Shown here: in pieces, positions 22,271 through 35,069 of the stretch
Numbering within the stretch: the first letter of the stretch is position 1
Layout: each line of letters begins with the position of its first letter
NCBI RefSeq assembly: GCF_001194135.2
Contig: NC_068987.1
Location: 65,474,012-65,522,046 of the forward strand
Direction of reading: 5' to 3'
From: Octopus bimaculoides
Lineage: Eukaryota
Length of the DNA stretch: 48,035 nt
Notes under the pieces: generated by a model
Seen by the model: the letters and a program-made list of their open reading frames with translations, nothing else
The model's database searches: none
What the model was told of the DNA's origin: nothing
Translations under genes and position numbers: made by a program

Positions 22271-22625
22271 TTTAGCTGTACTCCAACCTTCCTCGGTCGC
22301 AGGTATATTCCTATCCTGGTTTATGCTGGTTATAGTGTTCGGGTTACGGGTGCGATATATGCTATCATGGTCGGTGTTAGCGTTGTCGCTGTATTGGCAT
22401 ATGTTATGATCATATATATTTAGGTAGTAGGAAATAAATCTACGCTTATTAGATGAGGTAACAATAGATTCTATATTAGGCGGGGAGGAGTAGGATAATT
22501 TCAGAATAGATCTGAATGGTATTTATGGTGGCGTGGGAAGTTAGAATCTACTATTGTAAAAAAAAGGTTTAAAGCGAATGGGGGAGTAAACCAGAGAATC
22601 GATTTTACCCCATTGTTATTAGGCA
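22270..22625 (-). mobile_element. Penelope-like element fragment (RT-endonuclease linker)
   Basis: KSILWFTPPFALN..FFTIVDSNFPRHHKYH; homologous to 33760-33880. Confidence 0.7.
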
Positions 22626-22681
22626 AAATAGGGGACGTATAATCTACATACATATATACGACGGGCTTCTTACAGTTTCCT

Positions 22682-22785
22682 ATTTCTTTATTGCCCACAA
22701 GGGGCTAAACACAGAGGGGACAAACAAGGACAGACAAAGGGATTAAGTCGATTACATCGACCCCAGTGCGCAACTGGTACTTAAT
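22682..22785 (-). mobile_element. 5'-truncated family A SINE with T2 tail, inserted into a family C SINE tail
   Basis: T2 tail directly adjoins ATATACGACGGGCTTCTTACAGTTTCC. Confidence 0.8.
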
Positions 22786-23604
22786 TCTTTGACAAAGCAA
22801 CAAGAATTATAGCGCTGCTGCTTATCCTTCTTTGGTTTTCGTATCGTAACATTAAATCTGTAAAAGATAGATCTCACCACATTAGCCCATCGGTGTTAAT
22901 TCCAATAGAACCGCCCCAACTCTATCTTTGTTTCCTGTTCACTTATATAGAATCAAGTGACCTGCCCACAAATACAATGTAACGTCTGTAGACGATTTGA
23001 ACTCAAGCACTATGATTCGGAAACAACAGAAGTAAAAGCGGTAGTTAGATATGTAATTCTCTATTCACCAATTAGCTATTTATTGTATTCTTTTAATATT
23101 CAGCATTGTTTGAAATTGAATTCGCTCTCCTCCCCGCTCTCACTCCGTCTGTCATTTTCCTTCCTCTTTTCTCTCAACTCTTCTCCCTATCATTCTACCT
23201 CTGTTTTTATCTCTCTCTTCTTTAGGTCATTCTCTGACACCTCCTCTGACTCCCTTTAACTTCTCTTTGTTTCTCTGATTCTTATTTTGCCTCTATTTCA
23301 ACTCTGTCTCATTCCTTTTAGTTTTCCTTCTCTACCTCTCTCCATTTTCTTTCTCTATTCCCTTCATCCCTGTCTACCTCTTCTTTCTATCTTTCTTGCA
23401 CATACCTCCTTTCTTTCATTCTTTCGTTCTTTCTTTCTAATATTGCTGTCTTTCTCCCTCTCTCTCTCCCTCTCTCTCTCACACATTTTTGCTTTTACTT
23501 TTCTTGTGAGAGTAAAAAAAAAATCCTTTTACGTACATTTCTGTATCACGTGATACCTGTTTGTTCTCTTCAATATAATGCAGTTGACATTCAGNNNNNN
23601 NNNN

Positions 23605-23652
<48 letters not shown>

Positions 23653-24623
23653 CACGTACAAACATGACGATAGTCTTTGTATGTAGCAAAATTTCCAACA
23701 ATGAATGCATATGGATGCATTCATTTTTCTTTTCTTTCCTACTTCGACTATATTTATTTTGCAGTTAAATGGCTGCCGGGGGAATATATTTTGCTTTGTG
23801 ATAGACAAACTGATTGATTTCTTTTCGCTGTGACTGTTTTTGTCTCTTTTATACTGAGATTGGCACTGTCTGATATTGCACGTTCTAGCAGAGAGAACGC
23901 CGTGTAAGTCGCTTTTGATAAAAAACAAAAAAGTTATGAGTTGTCAGTTTTATACGTACCAAGAGGGCGCCTCGCTCTGATCGCTCGACCTGTTAGAACT
24001 AAGAGACAAATCTTCTTTAACTTACACAAACTCTTCTCTTCTTATATAATATTTATAACCGTAGCTGTCATCACTTTCTTTATGTTTGTACATGAATTAG
24101 TCAGAAAAAAAGGAAAGTATCCATGATCTTTTCATCCTGCCGTCCTAAATATAGGGAAAGAATTAATAAATATAGACGATATGAATAACAAGAGGAGGAG
24201 AAACGAGTGATTCGGTAACGCCTGAATGAAGATAGTATTTGACCAGCAAGCCTCAAGAAATAAAGGCCACTGTAGTAGCGGCAAAAATCGAAAAGAGACA
24301 TAAGTTTGTTCTGTGTCTTTGTGGTCGACTTCATGTCAATAAATTTAGTGACTATTTTTCAATGCAATCACAGGTGTCTGTATACTCAGTGGAAATAGCA
24401 TCAGCAACAGCAGCACCAGCAATAGCAGCACCAACAAAAGCAGCATCAGCAACAGCAGCATCAGCAACAACAGCAGCACTGTTCTAGAGGTGGGAGCAGT
24501 ACGTAGTTGTAGGTCTAATCTGAGTTATTCTAAGGGAATCCGGTCTTTGTATTACAGTCTTTGCTACGTTGTGTATGAGTATTCTCTACGAGAAAGTTTC
24601 AGTGTTGATGAGGCCTGTTAATT

Positions 24624-24858
24624 TTATTTCTTTACTGCCAACAAGGGGCTACACACAGAGGGGACAAACAAGGACAGACAAACGGATTAAGTCGATTATA
24701 TCAACCCCAGTGCGTAACTGATACTTATTTAATCGACCCCGAAAGGATGAAAGACAAAGTCGATCTCGGCGGAATTTGAACTCAGAACATAGCGGCAGAC
24801 GGAATACCGCTAAGCATTTTGCCCAGCGTGCTAACGTTTCTGCCAGCTCGCCGCCCTT
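24624..24858 (-). mobile_element. Full-length family A SINE with T2 tail
   Basis: Near-consensus copy from GGCGGCGAGCTGGCAGAAACG (minus strand) to GGCAGTAAAGAAATAA. Confidence 0.9.
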
Positions 24859-25169
24859 CTTTTAGCAATGGTAAGGGTTCAAGTTGTGAGCTATTTAGGA
24901 ATGAAGACATGCGATAATGTTTCCTTGCTGTTGAAGGAGACAAAATTGGCACGGCTCCATCGGAAGAAAATTTCGAGATCTTTTTTCATGGAACAAATGC
25001 TTATTTGGTCTGTATGTACACACTCTTACACATCTATATTAGCCGCGAAGATAAAGAACCTACTAAAAGTAGCAGCCAAATCGCCCTTTAAATTCTGAAA
25101 TCACACATTTGTTTGACATTTAACAATGAGCCATCTATATGGTATCTGAAAATGTGAGAACTATTCTTT

Positions 25170-25380
25170 TCTGCTTTGGGCACAAGACCCGAAATTTTTG
25201 GGAAGGGGGCCAGTCGATCAGATCGACTCCAGTACACAACAGGTACTTAATTTATCGACCCTGAAAGGATGAAAGGCAAAGTCGACCTCGGCGAAATTTG
25301 AACCCAGAACGTAAAAACAGACGAAATACCGCTGAGCATTTCGCCCGGCGTGATAACGTTTCTGCCAGCTCACTGCCTAA
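25170..25380 (-). mobile_element. Full-length family A SINE with T1 tail
   Basis: Near-consensus body; tail GGGTCTTGTGCCCAAAGCAGAAAAG (minus strand). Confidence 0.9.
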
Positions 25381-25614
25381 AATGTGGGAAATATTAACCA
25401 AATTTTCCTCAAACAACAGCTCACTATCTTATGCATGCTTATATCTATGCCTGCACCACTAAAGGAAATCTCTATGCGTTAGATAATGATGCCAATCCTC
25501 CTTCATAACATTTTTCTCACTCATGTTACTGCAATACAAATATCCGGGCATTGCCAGATATTGACGTAATATAATTCAATTTATGATATGATACTAAATA
25601 TAATATGAAAGTTA

Positions 25615-25798
25615 ACAAACTAACTGATTGACTAACTAACTAACTAACTAACCAATTGACTAATTAACCAATTCACTGACTGACTAACTGGCAAAGTAAC
25701 TTACTAGCTCTATGCCTATCTAAATAATTAACTAACTAGCAAGATAGCTAGCTAACACAATAACAAACTATGCTCACTAAGCAAGCAAGCAAGCAACC

Positions 25799-25879
<81 letters not shown>

Positions 25880-25912
25880 CCTACCTACCTACCTACCTAC
25901 CTACCTACCTAC

Positions 25913-25961
<49 letters not shown>
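25615..25961. repeat. Compound tetranucleotide microsatellite (CTAA)-(GCAA)-(CTAT)-(CTAC)-(CTAA)
   Basis: Direct reading. Confidence 0.95.
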
Positions 25962-26201
25962 CGATATGCTTAAGTTATCTAATATACTGCCAACGAGTCA
26001 ATCAATTCTACAATTTCCTCAGAAATCCAAACAACCCAATAAACTTGCCTCATGTCGACAAAAGAAATCAATATAGTGTAGTATTAGTTATACATTGTGA
26101 ATGAATACCAGAAAATCTATCATATCAGACGTTCAGTGAAAAATATGTAAGTTTTGTTGAAAGTCTTCCTATTGTCTTTTCTCTTTCTGTTTCACTGTGT
26201 G

Positions 26202-26205
<4 letters not shown>

Positions 26206-26283
<78 letters not shown>
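26206..26283. repeat. (CT)n microsatellite
   Basis: Direct reading. Confidence 0.95.
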
Positions 26284-26286
<3 letters not shown>

Positions 26287-27129
26287 AAAGCAAGAAAATG
26301 CTAATACAATTTGCCAGACTCCAATCAGTCGAAGACTGAGATGTCATTTACCTGTATGTCTTCCTTTACTTTCCACTTGAATACCACGAAAGAAAAAAAA
26401 CAAAGAAGGAAAAATAGACACTGAAGAACAAAAAGACTGAGAATAGCAAGAGTAAAAGGTGGAGTAGGAGTCGGAAAAAGAGGATAAAGGCTAGTCTGTA
26501 GTATATAATTGAATGCAGTCTGATGAAGTCTTTAAGATGATTCTTCTTTACCAAAATGAATACAAGGAAAAAAGGTAAACACAAAGCAAATACTCGAACA
26601 CATAAGAAACGAAACAATAAAGACAAAGAGAGAGAGAGGGAGAGAGAGAGAGAGAGAGAGAGAAGAGAAGAGAGAGAGACAGAGAGACAGAAGAGAAGAG
26701 AGAGACATAAGGAAGAAAAGTAAAAAAAAAATGAGAAGGAAACGGAAGCAGGCATGCTTATAAATGACACACTCCTACACACATACACACACATTCAAAC
26801 CCAATTGGTAATTAAACAAATAAACAACAAAAGACAATAAAGAAGAAATGAAATTTCCACAATGTTTAAAATAAAGATAGAAAGAAATAGAAACAAATAC
26901 AAGTAAAAGAGAGCAAAATAAATTTTAAAAAATGTAAATGTGTCGATTTTTGAAACAGAGGTAAAAACAAAACAAATACAAAATAGATTGAAATAAAGAA
27001 AACAGAATAAAATAGAAGAAAATTCTATTTTAGTGTTGTAAGTTATACATAAACTATGAAAAGATGAGATTTAGTCTCGTGTAATTGTAATATATTTCGG
27101 GAGACTTTTGGCTGGTAAATTTAATTTTA

Positions 27130-27670
27130 TTTATCTAGACGCCATTTGTATCGTTCACATCTGGCAGACATAATAATGAAGGGGATGTGTCTAGGCTTAT
27201 TGAATCAGCTGAATAATTTCTTTTCTGTCTAACGACAAAAGTAGTAGAGGCAAAGACTAAATGTTTGTCCGTTGCTAATAATTTGTGAATAAAGCGTATT
27301 ATTTCGAGGCGAAACAATATAAAAAGAAATAAAAACAACGCGTTATTAACGATTCAGTGTTGAAGAGACATCGGAAAAGACACGCTTGTTAAGAGAAGAC
27401 TTTTGCTAACTTCCGGGTTTTCTGTTGAACGAGTTCTTTTCCGCAATGTTTGTTTGAAAATGAAATGAAATGAAATGAAATAAAATAAATTCTGGGAAGT
27501 CGAGAGAATTTCGATAAAAAACAATCAAAATAATTTAGGAAAACTATAACTGAAAGTACAGCCGAAGATATTTGTTGGTTTCCAGTAATTTTGAAACTTT
27601 GGCAATCGACAATTGAGGTACCGGAAGTAGACGTATTCGATTTGTTTAATACGGAAATTATGAGCTGGTA
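27130..27670. promoter_or_regulatory. Possible promoter/enhancer island with ETS- and YY1-like motifs
   Basis: Non-repeat, locally CpG-richer sequence. ACTTCCGG at 27409-27416, ACCGGAAGT at 27620-27628 (opposite orientation), ACGCCATTT at 27139-27147. Function is inference only. Confidence 0.3.
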
Positions 27671-28497
27671 ATTTTAAAGTGATTGTTATTGGAAGAAAGT
27701 CTTAATATAAGGAAGGCAAAAGACAAAAATAAGGACAGAGATGTAGAGAAGTACATATGATGGAAAATTAAGACCGAAAGAGTAACTTAAAACGAGAAGA
27801 AAGAGAAACTGATTAAATTTGCTGATTGGGGAAAACAGCTTAAAAATTGATAGACAAGATAGAATGATAAAAAGGACAACGTGTTAGCTTTCTTATAGTT
27901 GGTAGATCAGTTCCTATACATCGTAAGTTCAAATCCTAATAGGACCCACTTTGTACTATTGCTTGGTGCAGTTCAACCGTCTCCAAGTTATAACACTGTG
28001 TTACACAATTTTTGCCCTTGGGTAGCAACTTGTATTTCCTATTTTCTTGCCTCTAGAAAGTATGAAAAATGGCTAAAATTTCCTTCAAAGTTTGTTTTTG
28101 TTACATTTATCTAAATCCCAACAAAATCCTATCTCCTCTTCAGATCGTACAGAAGCTTTATTCAAGTATTAACTAGAGTGATAGTCTTCAGTGACTTCCA
28201 TGAAACTGCCAGATTGAGTATTGCAAGTTTGAAGTTATACTTTTGATGTAACTGAGAGTTCTTTGTCTTGTGTGCATTCCCCAAGATTATCATCTATCAC
28301 CACGAGAACTTCGCCCAAATATACTTTATTGAAATAATAGATGAGAAAAACATGTACCTTATTCTGTTACTATCATTGACAATATGGTGATCTGCATGGT
28401 GAGCAGGTGAATTATCACCAAATGAGAAAGCACCCAGTTTCAATGAGCCATATGCTCTACAATATATACTCCCTCATCCATTCGGCTCTAATGAATA

Positions 28498-28873
28498 TTA
28501 ATGCGGTATTTGGGAATGGGACAATAAGCGTAAGCCAGTATCAACGGTGGTCCTAGAAGTTCCGAGCCGGGAACTACAGCCTAGAAGATGAGCCTCGTCC
28601 TGGAAGTTCTGTAGAGCTCGACAAGGACGTCCTGCAAACCCTTGTGGAATAAAATCCCATCGTAACTGTTGAGAAACTAGCAGAAAAGCTTGAATTTGGT
28701 CATACAGCCATTCATCGACACGTGCATGCCATCGGAAAACGACCACCTTTGGTTACAAGACGAAAGATGTTCCATCAGGATAATGCTCGGCCACATACAG
28801 CGAGGATGACATTCCAAAGGCTGGAGCAGCTTGAATGGGAAACGATACCCCACCCACCATATTCGCTGAATCT
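28498..28873 (+). mobile_element. Internally deleted mariner transposase relic
   Basis: KFRAGNYSLEDEPRPG...EKLAEKL..GHTAIHRHVHAIGK joined directly to MFHQDNARPHTA...HPPYSLNL. The WVPHEL and first catalytic Asp region is absent. Confidence 0.9.
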
Positions 28874-28930
28874 TACATATATTTTATTTTGTCAATATAT
28901 ATATATCAATATATATCTGTATACATACAT

Positions 28931-28989
<59 letters not shown>

Positions 28990-29595
28990 NNNNNNNNNNN
29001 NNNNNNNNNNNNNNNNNNNNNNNNNNNNNNNNNNNNNNNNNNNNNNNNNNNNNNNNNNNNNNNNNNNNNNNNNNNNNNNNNNNNNNNNNNNNNNNNNNNN
29101 NNNNNNNNNNNNNNNNNNNNNNNNNNNNNNNNNNNNNNNNNNNNNNNNNNNNNNNNNNNNNNNNNNNNNNNNNNNNNNNNNNNNNNNNNNNNNNNNNNNN
29201 NNNNNNNNNNNNNNNNNNNNNNNNNNNNNNNNNNNNNNNNNNNNNNNNNNNNNNNNNNNNNNNNNNNNNNNNNNNNNNNNNNNNNNNNNNNNNNNNNNNN
29301 NNNNNNNNNNNNNNNNNNNNNNNNNNNNNNNNNNNNNNNNNNNNNNNNNNNNNNNNNNNNNNNNNNNNNNNNNNNNNNNNNNNNNNNNNNNNNNNNNNNN
29401 NNNNNNNNNNNNNNNNNNNNNNNNNNNNNNNNNNNNNNNNNNNNNNNNNNNNNNNNNNNNNNNNNNNNNNNNNNNNNNNNNNNNNNNNNNNNNNNNNNNN
29501 NNNNNNNNNNNNNNNNNNNNNNNNNNNNNNNNNNNNNNNNNNNNNNNNNNNNNNNNNNNNNNNNNNNNNNNNNNNNNNNNNNNNNNNNNNNNNNN

Positions 29596-29634
<39 letters not shown>

Positions 29635-29691
29635 TAGAGAGAGAGAAAGAGAGAGAAAGAGAAAGAGAGAGATACATCTACATGCACGTAC

Positions 29692-31400
29692 GTTAAATGG
29701 CCTGAGGGTTGCCTTCTCTTAGGAATGTCACTGCATGGCCTGAGGCATGCAGAATCTCTGCTTGACCTCACTAACATGCTCTTTATGGAGCAAATAGTGC
29801 TCTACCCAACAAGGGGAAAAATGTTCTGGACTTCTGCTTCACAAACAATGTTAAGGTGGCACCGACGATTTTCTCGGACCATTACTGAATAGAACTAACA
29901 ATGTATGGTCTGCATGCGGGCTACTAGACGCACCCAACTCCTCTCAAGCCTGCACTTTCACAAAGCTGATTCGAATTGTATCAAGAAAGAGGTGATGGAA
30001 CATAAGTGGTCTGCCAGTCTCTCTACAGAAGACATTGACGTAAAGCCACAACACTTTATGACAGATCATGCATGACATCTGCAGTAAGTTTGCTCCAGAG
30101 AAAATGCCAAGCCAGCAGAAACATATAATCCCCAGGGATAGGAGGATAGTAATGAGACGACGAGAAAAATCCTCAAATCATCTAAATGGACCACTAAAGA
30201 ATAACAAACGATCCTACTTCGAGATCGAAAATGAACTCAAACACTCCCATGAAAAGGAGAGGGCAGAAAAGGAAACCAGGGATGTCAAAAATATTTAGAC
30301 AAACCCTAAAGCCTTCTATAGATATGCAAATGAATCTGCTTCAGTACGGTACGCAATAGGGCCACTATTTGAAGAAAAGGGCTCACCGACTGCAGACCCC
30401 CAGAGGATCAGTGAAATATTGAATGTGCAATGCAACAGTGCTTTCACCGCTGCATTGGGACACATGCAAGGAGCTATGCTTGTTGAGTTCTTTGGCTCCA
30501 CAGGTCTACACAAGAAAATGGCAATTATTGATAGCATCAAAACAGAGGAAACTGATGTGATATTAACCATTGATGAGATGAGCTCAAACTTAGCAACAGG
30601 CCCTGATGGATTCGTAGCAATCCTCCTAAAAAAATGCAAAGGGGCTCTAGCTAGACAACATCAGATTCTCTTCCAGAGCTTCCTCACAACAGGGAGACTT
30701 ACTAAAAATTTAAAGGAAGGCATAATATGCTCTATCCATAAGGGAGGTAGCGGAGCAGATGCTAAGAATTATAAACGTTTCTCTCTAACTTCCCATGTCA
30801 GCAAAGTCATGGAGCGCATTTTTCGGAAGAAACTAATTGCGTTCCTTGAAGATAATGACGTGCTTCCTGACACCCAGCATGGCTTTCGCTCAGGAAGAAG
30901 CTGCTTTACACAGCTTTTGCAGCACTATCACTGCGTGTTGAAACAATCAATGAATCGCTCAAACATGGAAGTGACATACCTCGACTTTGCAAATGCCTTT
31001 GATAAGTTTAATCATGGGATGATGTGTCACAATTTACGGAGACTCAGCATAACTGGGAAAATCGGAGAGTAGTTGTATGACTTCTTAAAAGACAGTAGCC
31101 AGACTCCAGCAGTCAACAGAGCCCTCTCCACAGAGACATTAATAGAAAGTACAGTGCCTCAGGAAACTGTATTAGGGCCGCTGCTGTTCATGGTGACTCT
31201 TTCAGGCATGACATCAGTTACACAGACAGCCACAATTACTAGCTATGCCGACAACACAAAAGTAGTATTACCAGTCAAGAAACCTGATGTTAATCTTCTA
31301 CAGAAAATCCTAGATGCTGTATATAAATGGGCTGAAGACAACAACATGCAATTTAATGCAGGAAAATTACAAGCCCCCCACTACCAGTTAATTGGTGCTC
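29692..31400 (+). mobile_element. Decayed CR1-type LINE ORF2 (endonuclease end and RT), truncated at both ends
   Basis: PTRGKNVLDFCFTNN...SDH, NPKAFYRY, ATGPDG, KNYKRFSLTSHVSKVMERI, QHGFRSGRSC, YLDFANAFDKFNH, VPQETVLGPLLF, YADNTK, WAEDNNMQFNAGK. Confidence 0.92.
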
Positions 31401-31419
31401 AGAAGTCACAACAACGATA

Positions 31420-33420
31420 CTTTCTGATTTTAAGGTCAGAAAGAACACCTGTATTTTATGGTCTCCCTAAAATACACAAAAAATTCGAAATATTTCCTCC
31501 AATGCGCCCAATTTGCAGTGGATAGGAATGCTGTACGGCCAAAATTTCGGAATGGCTGGATGGCTTTCTACTCCCCGTCGCAAAACGATCAAGTTTCTAT
31601 ATTCGGGATACCTTTGATTTTGTATCTAAAATCAACAACTTTTTAAAGCTCCAAGGCCGTATTGAGAACTGTTTTCTGGTAACCATAGATGTTTCTTCCT
31701 TATATCTCAATATTGGCCACAATGAAGGGGTAGAAGCATGCATGGATGCCTTTGAAAAGCGGTCAAACAAAAGTATTCCATCAAATTTACTCTGTAGATT
31801 ATTGAGGTTTGTGTTAGAAAGTAACACAATGAAGTTTAGACAAAGATTTTACCACCAGACGAAGGGTTGCGCCATGGGTACCCCCAAGGCAGTTAATTTC
31901 GCTAATGTCTTTATGACGAAATTCAAGACATAGTTACTGAAGACATTCAAATCCCTTCATGGTCATGAATCAATACTCTGGTTACGGTTCATTAACGACG
32001 TATTTTTTGTCTGGGAAGGATCACAGGATAGTTTAATGGACTTCTTGCATTTCTGTGATTGTTATGCTAGAAACTATGGCTTTAAGTCCAACATAAAATT
32101 TACGTCTAGTTTTTCAAAAACTAGCGTTGAATTTTTAAACACAAAGTCAAGTTTTCTGGAGGCAGAATAGTGACAGAGTTATTTTGCAAGCCCACGTCAT
32201 CCCACATTTATCTCCACCGCCGCTCCGATCATTCACATCATCTTATTCGGTCAAATTCGAAATCCCAATTTTTGAAGATAAGAACGGATTTGTACTGACA
32301 TAGGGGATTACTGGAAACATGCAAATGCTTTTGTATGTCATTATGTCAAACGAGGTTACAGTGAATTACGTTTAAAGGAAATAGCAAATGAAATAGCTAA
32401 GATTAGTAAAGATAGTCAAATCTACTCGCATAATTTCAGCAAACAAAATACAATAGATGACAGAATTCCTTTAGTGATTAGCTGGCACCGACGTTTCGCT
32501 GGCATTTCGAAAGTGTTGCATGAAAGTTACCAGCATGTGGCGAAAAAATATCCCAGTTTCAAACAAATATTTCCTCAGCCACCCATTGTAGCCTTTCTAC
32601 GGAATAAGAACATAAGAGAATTATTGACCTCTATATCTGACTCCAAAAAAAAAAAATGAACATTGGAGTATCTGCACGCTGTACCTTAAAGAACAGCCGC
32701 AAGAGAGGTAAGCCCTGTTCATTGTGCAACGACATGAGTGAAGTGAATTCCATCAGAAATCATAACAGAAATGTTATGATTTATACAGAAGGTGGAACAT
32801 GTAAAGATTGTCATTTAGTGTACGCTGCAGAACGCACGAAACACAACTTAATTTATGTTGGTTGTACAACAGAACAATTAAGCAAAAGGTTTAATGGGCA
32901 CAGATTCGACGTCAGGCACAAGAACAGTAGTTCAACAGAACTTGCTGAACATTTCGTTTCAAGCGGCTGCAATTTTGAAGAAGACTTGAAAGTGCATATT
33001 CTCAAAGAATATTCTGAATTTATCCCACTTTCACTTCTCAGAATGTATGAGGAGAAATATGTTTGCGGGTTATTAACATCACGCCCTGGAAGAATGAATA
33101 AGATGACAGGAGAATATCATCAAATTTATACAAAACTGTTTGATTGAATATTCTTTCTTTCTCTCTTTTTCTTTCCTTTTTTTCTGTCACCTTCCTTTTT
33201 CTATTTTTTCTTTCTTTCTGCCTGTTATATAACTTAAAAACTTATGATGTCATTCCATCAACGTATGGAAGCTGGTTGCTCTCGTTCATACTTTACGCTT
33301 AAATTTCTGTAATTTTGAATTTTTAATCACCTCTTATTTTGAACTTGACAAAGACAGACGTACTGTTGAAATATTGTTCAAATAAAATATCTATACAATC
33401 GAATCGCGCTCTTCGTCTTG
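31420..33420 (+). mobile_element. 5'-truncated Penelope-like element (Neptune-like): RT, Cys-rich linker, GIY-YIG endonuclease, 3' UTR
   Basis: FYGLPKIHK..PMRPICSG, LVTIDVSSLY, YHQTKGCAMGT, WLRFINDVF, PCSLCNDM linker, LVYAAE...IYVGCTTEQLSKRFNGH. Several stops and frameshifts. Confidence 0.92.
33338..33382 (+). ncRNA. Degenerate minimal hammerhead-like motif at the Penelope 3' end
   Basis: TTTGAAC-TTGACAA-A-GACAG(ACGTA)CTGTT-GAAA-TATT-GTTCAAA: stem I, core two transitions from CTGACGA, stem II, GAAA, short palindromic stem III. Confidence 0.5.
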
Positions 33421-33422
33421 AC

Positions 33423-33510
<88 letters not shown>
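33421..33510. repeat. (ATT)n microsatellite
   Basis: Direct reading. Confidence 0.95.
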
Positions 33511-33519
33511 TCTGTCGTT

Positions 33520-34600
33520 GTTATTATTTATCCTATCTCGGTTACTAGTATTCTGGGTAGTGTTAGTAGGATTGGCTGGTTTTTCTTATGATCTAAAATG
33601 TTGGGTACGATGTTGGAGCTATATGTTGGGCGCTCGTGTATTCAGAGTTGTTTCGGTGTATGTTTTGATAATAGAGAGAAAATTTTCGTCTATTAGAGGC
33701 TGTTATGATAGACTCAAAGTTGGGCGGGGTAGAGTAGGATAGCTTTAAAATAGATCTGTTAAAGATAGAGTAATATTTGTTGACGAGGGAAGTTGAAGTC
33801 TAATATATTAAAAAAGGATTTAGCTAAGTTCTTAAAATTTATTGAGAAGAGAGGTTTATACCATAGAATAGAGCGTCCACCGCTTTTTTTTTGGTTGCTT
33901 GGGGGGTAGTATGATCTGTATTTTTAGAAATTAGAGGGGTGTTATATGGCCCGTAATTGTTAGCTGTTTTAGGTTTTGACCTAGTGTTATACGTGTGCGT
34001 GTAGATTTTAAGTTACCTTAATCTGTGTTCTCCCGGGGTTCTAGTACAGTGTACGTATGGTCTGTTATGATTATGATGGTTAGCATGTCGTGGTGATATG
34101 ACTTGAGATATATGTTGCTTGAGCCCAGTGTTAGAGATGTATTTTATTTGTTAGGAGAAGCCGCTGGCAGCGATCGCTTGGTTGTAGTATGGGGCGTGGT
34201 TATTGAATATTTCTTTAGTGGCTGAGAGATTGGATATACGAATCGAAATACCCTTAACTATATTATTGAAGGTGGATTTGTGGTGATTGGAATTAATGTT
34301 AAAGTACTTAAGGTACTGGTTGGGTTTATGATATTGGGATTATTAGGAGGAGGTTTCTAAGCTTAATATAACGTCTAAAAAAATTTATCGGTTGTATGGG
34401 AATTTTCAAAAGTAATGGACAGGTTGATGCCGGAGAAGAATTTGTGTAGATCTTTTCTAATTCGTTCTAAACAGGATTTATTAACACCCTTGGTGACTAG
34501 CAAAGCGTAATCTCTGTTTAGGCGTCCCTAGATATTAGGGAAGTGTGTTCTGAGCTGATGGAGTAAGTATAGTCCAACGAGGTCCGCGATCTGGGCGATA
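33520..34600 (-). mobile_element. Penelope-like element fragment (RT C-terminal half and linker)
   Basis: Minus-strand AQIADLVGLYLLHQL, ERIRKDLHKFFSG, NFLDVIL, YHKPNQYLKYFNINSNH, KGISIRISNLS, FNNHAPYYNQA. Confidence 0.85.
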
Positions 34601-34606
34601 TATATA

Positions 34607-34657
<51 letters not shown>

Positions 34658-34868
34658 NNNNNNNNNNNNNNNNNNNNNNNNNNNNNNNNNNNNNNNNNNN
34701 NNNNNNNNNNNNNNNNNNNNNNNNNNNNNNNNNNNNNNNNNNNNNNNNNNNNNNNNNNNNNNNNNNNNNNNNNNNNNNNNNNNNNNNNNNNNNNNNNNNN
34801 NNNNNNNNNNNNNNNNNNNNNNNNNNNNNNNNNNNNNNNNNNNNNNNNNNNNNNNNNNNNNNNNNNTA

Positions 34869-34908
<40 letters not shown>

Positions 34909-34912
34909 CATA

Positions 34913-34944
<32 letters not shown>

Positions 34945-35069
34945 TATATGCGCGCGCACGCACACACACACACACACACACACGTACAAACAAGCTTATT
35001 TATCATGTCAGAATTGAATGTATAATACATTAAAGCCTGTTTAAACCTATTTCTCCGCGACTATTGTTG

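Noticed and set aside
23955-23972. CTCF-like cores AGAGGGCGC (23.96 kb) and TAGATGGCG (44.98 kb)
   Set aside because: Only the 3' half of the motif matches; too short to support without chromatin data
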